NCBI GenBank assembly: GCA_913060675.1
Contig: CAJXUS010000017.1
Location: 3,988-67,987 of the forward strand
Direction of reading: 5' to 3'
DNA: 64,000 nt
From: an uncultured Rhodospirillales bacterium
Lineage (GTDB): Bacteria; Pseudomonadota; Alphaproteobacteria; Kiloniellales; Kiloniellaceae
Both the position numbers and the translations under genes were made by a program. This document shows positions 57,899 to 64,000 of this stretch, piece by piece. The notes under the pieces are model-generated. The model had not been told where the DNA came from, did not search any database, and saw nothing but the letters and a program-made list of their open reading frames with translations. Each line of letters starts with the position of its first letter. Position 1 is the first letter of the stretch.

Positions 57899-59674
57899 CT
57901 AGAGACCTTTTTGCGGCTGCATGTCAGAAGCATCAATGCCTGCAACTTCAACCGGTTTTGTCATGGCATCACGGCGGAAAGGCTCACCGAGCTCCTGATT
58001 AAGAATAACCTCAATAAAAGTGGTTACACCATCTTTTTGCGCAGCAGTCGCTTCTCTCAATGTAGCAGTTAACTCTGCTTGAGATTTAACAGTTACGCCT
58101 TTGAGGCCACAACCTTCAGCAACTTTGGCATAACTCAAATGCGGATCCAATTCGGTACCAACGAAGTTGTTGTCATACCAAAGAGTCGTATTACGTTTTT
58201 CAGCACCCCACTGGTAATTACGGAAAATGACCATCGTGATTGCTGGCCATTCATCACGGCCAACAGAAGTCATTTCGTTCATGCTAATACCAAAGGCACC
58301 ATCGCCGGCAAAGCCAACAACAGGTACATCTGGGCAACCAATTTTAGCACCGATAATGGACGGGAACCCATAACCACAAGGACCAAACAGTCCCGGAGCC
58401 AGATATTTGCGCCCCTGTTCAAACGTTGGATAAGCATTACCAATGGCACAGTTATTTCCGATATCGCTGGAAATAATCGCGTCTTGAGGAAGGCCTTCTT
58501 GGATAGCACGCCATGCCATACGTGGAGACATACGGTCTGCATCACGGGTACGAGAATCTGCATTCCAAGATGTACCGGGATCATCATCTTCATGGTCCAT
58601 GCTGCTAAGTGTCTGCAGCCAGGAAGATTTTGTGTGATGGATAAGTGCTTTACGCTCTTCGCGTCCAGCATCACCAGCAGTTGGGCTTAACTGTGACAAG
58701 ATTTGCTGGGCAACTTGCTTTGCATCTCCACAAATACCGACGGTGACTTTCTTTGTCAGGCCAATACGGTCTGAGTTGATATCAACCTGAATAATGTTTG
58801 CATCTTTAGGCCAGTAATCAATGCCATAACCAGGCAGTGTAGAAAACGGGTTCAGACGGGTACCAAGAGCGAGAACAACATCTGCTTTGGCTATTAATTC
58901 CATCGCAGCTTTCGATCCGTTATAGCCCAAAGGACCAGCTGCAAGAGGATGACTTCCTGGGAAACTATCATTATGCTGGTAGCCACTGCACACCGCTGAG
59001 TCCAGACGTTCTGCCAAGGCCTGACAATCAGGAATCGCGCCGCCGATCACCACACCCGCACCGGACAGGATCACAGGGAACTTAGCATTGGAAAGCAATT
59101 CAGCTGCTTTAGAAATAGCAGCAGCCCCGCCAGCGGGAAGCTCGAGATCCACCATTTGCGGCAGTTCAATATCTATAATCTGAGTCCACATATCGCGTGG
59201 AACGTTAATTTGTGCAGGAGCAGAGCCGCGGATCGCTTTTTGAATAACCCGGTTAAGGACTTCAGCCATACGAGATGGATCACGGACTTCTTCCTGATAG
59301 CAAACCATATCCTTAAACAGAGCCATCTGTTCAACTTCCTGGAAGCCACCCTGCCCGATTGTCTTGTTCGCAGCTTGAGGGGTAACCAATAGCATTGGTG
59401 TATGGTTCCAATAGGCGGTTTTTACAGGCGTGACAAATCCTGTGATGCCCGGACCGTTTTGAGCAATACACATGGCGACTTTACCTGTGGTGCGGGTATA
59501 GCCATCACAAATCATCCCACCGTTGGTTTCGTGGGCAACATCCCAGAACTTAATTCCCGCTTTTGGAAACAAGTCCGAAATAGGCATAAAAGCTGAGCCG
59601 ATAATTCCAAAACCATGTTCGATACCATGCATTTGCAGAACTTTTACGAAGGCTTCTTCTGTCGTCATTCTCAT
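57899..59674 (-). CDS. xsc: Sulfoacetaldehyde acetyltransferase
   Basis: MTTEEAFVKVLQMHGI, FGIIGSAFMP, QNGPGITGFVT, ThDP motif GDGAFGISMNE...N, QWGAEKRN and ELGEPFRRDAM. Confidence 0.95.
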   Translation of the reverse strand: MRMTTEEAFVKVLQMHGIEHGFGIIGSAFMPISDLFPKAGIKFWDVAHETNGGMICDGYTRTTGKVAMCIAQNGPGITGFVTPVKTAYWNHTPMLLVTPQAANKTIGQGGFQEVEQMALFKDMVCYQEEVRDPSRMAEVLNRVIQKAIRGSAPAQINVPRDMWTQIIDIELPQMVDLELPAGGAAAISKAAELLSNAKFPVILSGAGVVIGGAIPDCQALAERLDSAVCSGYQHNDSFPGSHPLAAGPLGYNGSKAAMELIAKADVVLALGTRLNPFSTLPGYGIDYWPKDANIIQVDINSDRIGLTKKVTVGICGDAKQVAQQILSQLSPTAGDAGREERKALIHHTKSSWLQTLSSMDHEDDDPGTSWNADSRTRDADRMSPRMAWRAIQEGLPQDAIISSDIGNNCAIGNAYPTFEQGRKYLAPGLFGPCGYGFPSIIGAKIGCPDVPVVGFAGDGAFGISMNEMTSVGRDEWPAITMVIFRNYQWGAEKRNTTLWYDNNFVGTELDPHLSYAKVAEGCGLKGVTVKSQAELTATLREATAAQKDGVTTFIEVILNQELGEPFRRDAMTKPVEVAGIDASDMQPQKGL

Positions 59675-60015
59675 TTTAGTAATTCCTTATTTCAAAAATT
59701 ATTCTCTGTTTTCAGAGAAAATTCTTAAACGCCCATATCAATATCTGGGTACAATTCCAGTTGTTCTTAAATTCGGCTTTTGCTTTTAAAGCTCTGACCG
59801 CTAACTCAAACACAAATGCTTGAGCATCGGTCAAAACGTGTGCTCATCCTGTGACTAGAAAAGCAACAAATCACGCCGTCTCATAGGTCCAGATCTATTC
59901 ATCAATGATGCCAGTTTTATATAAAGAATTCACACACATATAAATTTTAATTTTCTTAACTGAATTTTACCCAGCAGTTCCAAAAATATGACTAACTAAG
60001 CCACTTAATTAACAT

Positions 60016-60050
60016 AAAAAAACGGGCCTGCTCATTTAAGAACAGACCCG
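60016..60050 (-). terminator. Probable intrinsic terminator after tpa
   Basis: Minus strand CGGGTCTGTTCTTAAATGAGCAGGCCCG followed by T7; imperfect stem. Confidence 0.6.
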
Positions 60051-60095
60051 ATAGTCACAGGAAGATATTGTACGAACCCTTATAGGTTCTTTTAT

Positions 60096-61478
60096 TTATG
60101 CGCAGACTTTTGTGAGAGCGTTGTCGATGGCTGTAACAATTTCATCCAACTCCACTTTGGTACAGATCAATGCGGGGCTAAGACATATAGTATTATTAAA
60201 CTCTTTAAAGCTCCGGTTTGTGGCCCCAATGATGACGCCTTGAGCCATACAATCCGCGACAACGGCTTGTGTTATACTTTCATGCACAGGTTCCTTGGTG
60301 GCTCTATCAACAACGAGTTCTAAACCACAGAACAATCCCTTACCTCTCACGTCACCAACAACCTGATGCTTTTCTTTAAGCTCATTTAGCCGATCCATAA
60401 GGTATTCGCCCATTCGGGTAACATTATCCAAGAGATTTTCATCTTCGATAATGCGAATATTTTCCAGGGCCGCGGCAGGTCCTGCGGTACATCCCCCAAA
60501 AGTAGAGATGTCGCGGAAGAAACTCATTGGATCAGATGGATCGTTTTTGAAATGATTAAAGACTTCTTCCGTTGTCACCGTACAGGAAATCGCAGCATAA
60601 CCAGAGGCCACGCCCTTTGCCATTGTTACGATATCTGGCTTAATTCCGTAGTGCTGATACCCAAACCATTTACCTGTACGTCCAAGGCCGCAAACCACTT
60701 CATCAATATGAAGTAAAATGTCGTACTTTTTGCATATTTCCTGAACTTTTTCCCAATACCCTTCTGGCGGTGTAATCACCCCTCCACCAGCAGTTATCGG
60801 CTCAAGAACCAGTGCGCCAACCGTATCTGGCCCTTCACGAAGAATAACCTCTTCAATGGCAAGAGCTGCTTTTATACCGTAGTCATCACCTTCACCATAC
60901 TGGGAGCGATACTCACAGCAATGAGGGACTTCAATGAACCCTGGTGTAAAGGGACCGTACTGATCTTTGCGTTGCGACTGTCCTGTAGAGCTCAAAGCAG
61001 TGATTGTTGTGCCGTGATAATCACGATCGCGATACAGAATTTTATATTTTTTGCCACCATACTTGTTATGGGCTATTTGGCGGACAATCTTGTATGCCTT
61101 TTCGTTAGCTTCGGATCCAGAGTTTGAATAATACACCCGGCTCATCCCAGGCATTTTATCAATCAGGCTTTTGGCAAAATTAGCACCTGGAATAGATCCA
61201 GCAGAGTTAGCAAAGTAATTTAACTTTACAAGCTGCTCACGGACGGCGTCAGCAATCGTCTCACGACCATAACCAACATTAACTGTCCAGACGCCACCAG
61301 ACACAGCATCAAGATACTTTTTGCCCTTGGCATCCCATACATTCATCCCCTTACCTTCGATAATAACCATAGGATCTACGGTTTCATATCGTTTGTGTTG
61401 GCTTATATGGTGCCAAACGTGGGCGCGATCATTTTCGATGACTTCACTAAAGTCGTTTGTATGTTCTGTTAATGTCAT
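60096..61478 (-). CDS. tpa: Taurine:pyruvate aminotransferase (class III)
   Basis: DRAHVWHH..QHK, LDAVSGGVWTVNVGYGR, YHGTT, IDEVVCG, MAKGVASGY and FRDISTFGGC motifs; next to xsc. Confidence 0.88.
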   Translation of the reverse strand: MTLTEHTNDFSEVIENDRAHVWHHISQHKRYETVDPMVIIEGKGMNVWDAKGKKYLDAVSGGVWTVNVGYGRETIADAVREQLVKLNYFANSAGSIPGANFAKSLIDKMPGMSRVYYSNSGSEANEKAYKIVRQIAHNKYGGKKYKILYRDRDYHGTTITALSSTGQSQRKDQYGPFTPGFIEVPHCCEYRSQYGEGDDYGIKAALAIEEVILREGPDTVGALVLEPITAGGGVITPPEGYWEKVQEICKKYDILLHIDEVVCGLGRTGKWFGYQHYGIKPDIVTMAKGVASGYAAISCTVTTEEVFNHFKNDPSDPMSFFRDISTFGGCTAGPAAALENIRIIEDENLLDNVTRMGEYLMDRLNELKEKHQVVGDVRGKGLFCGLELVVDRATKEPVHESITQAVVADCMAQGVIIGATNRSFKEFNNTICLSPALICTKVELDEIVTAIDNALTKVCA

Positions 61479-61593
61479 GATTCACTTCCAACTACACAGG
61501 TCCCTGACTGCTTAAATTCACGATCGCAGTGGAAACCTAGCCAATATATTCATGGTAACTATGAGAAAGTGTCACACGGCTTTTTATAAAGCT

Positions 61594-61639
61594 GATAGTT
61601 CCAGTTCAGCCAAATTGATAAACCCACTTTGAGTCCACT
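61594..61639 (-). promoter_or_regulatory. Candidate TauR (MocR-type) repeat sites upstream of tpa
   Basis: Minus strand AGTGGACTCAAAGTGGGTTTATCAATTTGGCTGAACTGGAACTATC, resembling the CTGGACYTAA direct repeats recalled for Rhodobacter TauR. Confidence 0.4.
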
Positions 61640-61975
61640 GATTTTACATTCGCACCAGATAACCAGCAAACAAAAGGAATTAGCGAATTCCTGGCCCTAT
61701 CTGCTCTCATAATTACGTTCAAAAAAGTCGCCAAGGTAAGTACTGTCTTCGAACCACAATTAACAATTTGGTGAGTCCAGTTTTTACACTCCGTGGTCGA
61801 GTGCACTCATACGTGATAAGATTGGATACTAATAAATATATGCCTTCCGATATATATCAGAGGCTTCTCTTTGATAGAGTTCACGAAAATTAAATCTGTT
61901 TATGAATAATCATATCGTCCAGAAAGAAATTTCTATCAGCCGAAATAAGGACGAGCGACTACAGAGGACGGGACC

Positions 61976-62353
61976 ATGATGCCGACGACAGTACACAGTA
62001 TCTCTAAATACACAGTTCAAATCCTCAATACTAAATCGACTCCTGACAATCCAAAAGCCCAGATTATTATCAGGCTTCTGAATGAAAAAGATAAAGATTG
62101 CGGTTTCGCTGTATTCAAGGATTATGGCGATAAAAATGCTCAAAATCCCCATGGTGACCATAAAAAAGGTACTGCAACTGCCTATTTCGATATCAAATAT
62201 TACCAAGCATTTATCGAGGTCCTTAGGTTAGAAAAAGAACTGTTTTGGAAAATCGCCTGGAAACAGACCGGGCCAACAAAAACTGTTTCAGATGTTTCAC
62301 TGGATACTAAAGAAGAAATTATTGGTGATCATTTTGGAAATGGTGGGGCATAA
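61976..62353 (+). CDS. Hypothetical soluble protein
   Basis: 125 aa ORF not overlapping other genes and ending at a terminator; no family recognised. Confidence 0.7.
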   Translation: MMPTTVHSISKYTVQILNTKSTPDNPKAQIIIRLLNEKDKDCGFAVFKDYGDKNAQNPHGDHKKGTATAYFDIKYYQAFIEVLRLEKELFWKIAWKQTGPTKTVSDVSLDTKEEIIGDHFGNGGA

Positions 62354-62400
62354 CTTCTTCCTCTCCAATTAGGCCCAACCAAGAGTACTAAACACATACG

Positions 62401-62439
62401 AAAACGGCGGTAGAGATAATCTCTACCGCCGTTTTTTTT
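62401..62439. terminator. Bidirectional intrinsic terminator
   Basis: AAAACGGCGGTAGAGA-TAA-TCTCTACCGCCGTTTT with further T residues, between convergent genes. Confidence 0.85.
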
Positions 62440-62462
62440 AATCCTGTTATCTGATAATCAGC

Positions 62463-63350
62463 TTAGACGGGTGCCATGGCTTTATCAGCGGCATGTGCGG
62501 CTCGTTTAGCTGCCTCAGCAGCAAGTTCATCTTTTCGAACCTCTCGACGTCGATAGATTTCATGGAACGTAACACCCACTAAGGTAATCCCAACAATTAC
62601 AACAGCCAAAGCACTAAGAGAAGGATCTGTTCCTAACCGAGCTTTACTTGCCAATGCCGTTGTTAACGTTTTCCCCTCTGTCATGGTAAAGACTGTGGTG
62701 TTGTAGTTTTCAAAACTTGTTAAAAAAGCCAATACTGCTGCCGAGCCGATAGCTGGCTTTAAAAACGGTAACATTATTTTTTTGAAAACCTGAACATTCG
62801 ATGCTCCTAAATCCAATGCCGCTTCTTCCAATGTTCGATCAAATCTTTGTAATCGTGACAAGAAAATCAGCATGCAATAGGCAGAAACGAAGGTGGATTG
62901 ACCAACAATTGTTAGAAAGTAAGGATTATAGTAAAACGCATCAAAATCTTGGCCTTGGCTTGTGCCAATCTTGTCCCAAAAAACCAACGTAGAGATACCA
63001 ATAATAACACCCGGCGTTAATAGAGGTGATACAACAATCGTATAGTAAATTGGTTGTACTTTTCTGTGGACCTGCGACATCAATAAGGCTGCTGCCAAAC
63101 CAATGGGCACAGACAAACAAATAACGCCTATTCCAACTAATAAAGAATTTTGAAGCCCTTCAATGATCGTTTTATCATTTGCTAAAACGGTAAACCATTC
63201 GAGCGTACCTTCTTTAAAAGGAATAGCTGTTGGGAATTTTGGTGTATTAAATGCGGTAGTCCCCATTAATATTAACGGACCAAACAGGTACAAAAAGAAC
63301 ATCGCAATATAAAATCGCACCATGTATTTTTGAATAAGATCAGAAGTCAT
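62463..63350 (-). CDS. ABC transporter permease, PotC-like
   Basis: RFDRTLEEAALDLGAS EAA loop; LAFLTSFENY. Confidence 0.88.
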   Translation of the reverse strand: MTSDLIQKYMVRFYIAMFFLYLFGPLILMGTTAFNTPKFPTAIPFKEGTLEWFTVLANDKTIIEGLQNSLLVGIGVICLSVPIGLAAALLMSQVHRKVQPIYYTIVVSPLLTPGVIIGISTLVFWDKIGTSQGQDFDAFYYNPYFLTIVGQSTFVSAYCMLIFLSRLQRFDRTLEEAALDLGASNVQVFKKIMLPFLKPAIGSAAVLAFLTSFENYNTTVFTMTEGKTLTTALASKARLGTDPSLSALAVVIVGITLVGVTFHEIYRRREVRKDELAAEAAKRAAHAADKAMAPV

Positions 63351-64000
63351 TTAGCTAACTCCCCTAAATTAACCTTGAAATACTTCATGACTGTGAGAAC
63401 AAACACAATACACGATAACAAAAATAGGAATGCGTAGGCCGAGCCACGTGTCCAATCACCAAGGTTAAACCAGTTCGTTATAATTTGTGTAAACCACAAA
63501 CTACTTGGTCCACCTAAAATTTGAGGTGCAGCCAATGCCCCAGCTGTAAGCATGAACACCATCGTACAGCCAGATGCTATTCCCGGTTTGGCATAAGGCA
63601 TTACAACGCGATAATGTATACGTGACCATGAAGATCCAAGATCTCTCGCAGCCTCAATTTGATTGTGATCCAAGCTTTCAATTGCATTGTAGATCGGGAA
63701 GATCATCAGCAGAATATAAGCATAACTTAAACCTGCATACATCGCGATATCGGCTTTGATGAAATCAAATGGCTCATCCATTATGCCACTACCAATCAAG
63801 ACAGAATTTATCACACCACTTGATCCAAATAAAATCCTGAACGCAAAGGCTCTAAGAATTTCGTTTACCCAAAAAGGTAATACCAAGCAGATTAGAAGTA
63901 ACCGTACGGTACCGCCTTTAGCTGTCTGAGCCATGTAATAAGCAATCGGATAACAGAGTACAAAAGCGAGCAATGTAATACAAACTGATGCGATGATTGT
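63347..64000 (-). CDS. ABC transporter permease, PotB-like (5' end outside the window)
   Basis: CYPIAYY, PFWVNEILRAFA, LDHNQIEAARDLGS and PQILGG motifs; the frame stays open to the window edge. Confidence 0.88.
   Translation of the reverse strand, partial: TIIASVCITLLAFVLCYPIAYYMAQTAKGGTVRLLLICLVLPFWVNEILRAFAFRILFGSSGVINSVLIGSGIMDEPFDFIKADIAMYAGLSYAYILLMIFPIYNAIESLDHNQIEAARDLGSSWSRIHYRVVMPYAKPGIASGCTMVFMLTAGALAAPQILGGPSSLWFTQIITNWFNLGDWTRGSAYAFLFLLSCIVFVLTVMKYFKVNLGELAK

Noticed and set aside
1-64000. tRNA/rRNA genes, CRISPR arrays, IS elements, integrases, prophage or known defence systems
   Set aside because: None were seen: no direct-repeat/spacer arrays, transposase or integrase motifs, or tRNA arms outside coding sequence. 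A GTTCAAATCC near 62015 lies inside an ORF.

Overview
A 64 kb stretch of chromosome, probably from a marine alphaproteobacterium (inferred from Roseobacter-like Tpa/Xsc, OpgC, an EF-G paralogue and Caulobacter-like XylD). About 56 CDS fill it densely. I saw no rRNA, tRNA, CRISPR array, transposase, integrase or phage gene. In order, the modules are: (1) a putative RHH regulator-PspA-YqiJ-YqiK (flotillin) envelope operon; (2) a MocR/pdxJ divergon with twin palindromes; (3) a DUF4129-DUF4350-MoxR-DUF58-SpoIIM-RDD membrane/AAA+ cluster followed by two tandem paralogous membrane proteins; (4) small regulator/enzyme pairs (TetR/cupin, D-cysteine desulfhydrase/SGNH, Lrp/EamA); (5) opgG/D-opgH divergent from opgC plus a secreted esterase; (6) a two-component system, a Gts-like sugar ABC transporter, and lactonase, SDR, XylD-like dehydratase, KDG kinase and KDPG aldolase genes; (7) a methionine gamma-lyase-MdeB-TTC38 operon with a consensus sigma54 promoter and three TyrR-type boxes, facing an ACT-PAS-AAA+ activator; (8) an EF-G paralogue, GST, xsc, tpa and part of a PotBC-like ABC transporter. 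The best leads are the sigma54/TyrR-type methionine operon carrying an uncharacterised TTC38-like protein (with a second TTC38 paralogue 22 kb away), the MoxR membrane cluster, and the PspA-flotillin operon with its own putative RHH regulator. All family calls come from motif recognition by eye; no database searches were run.
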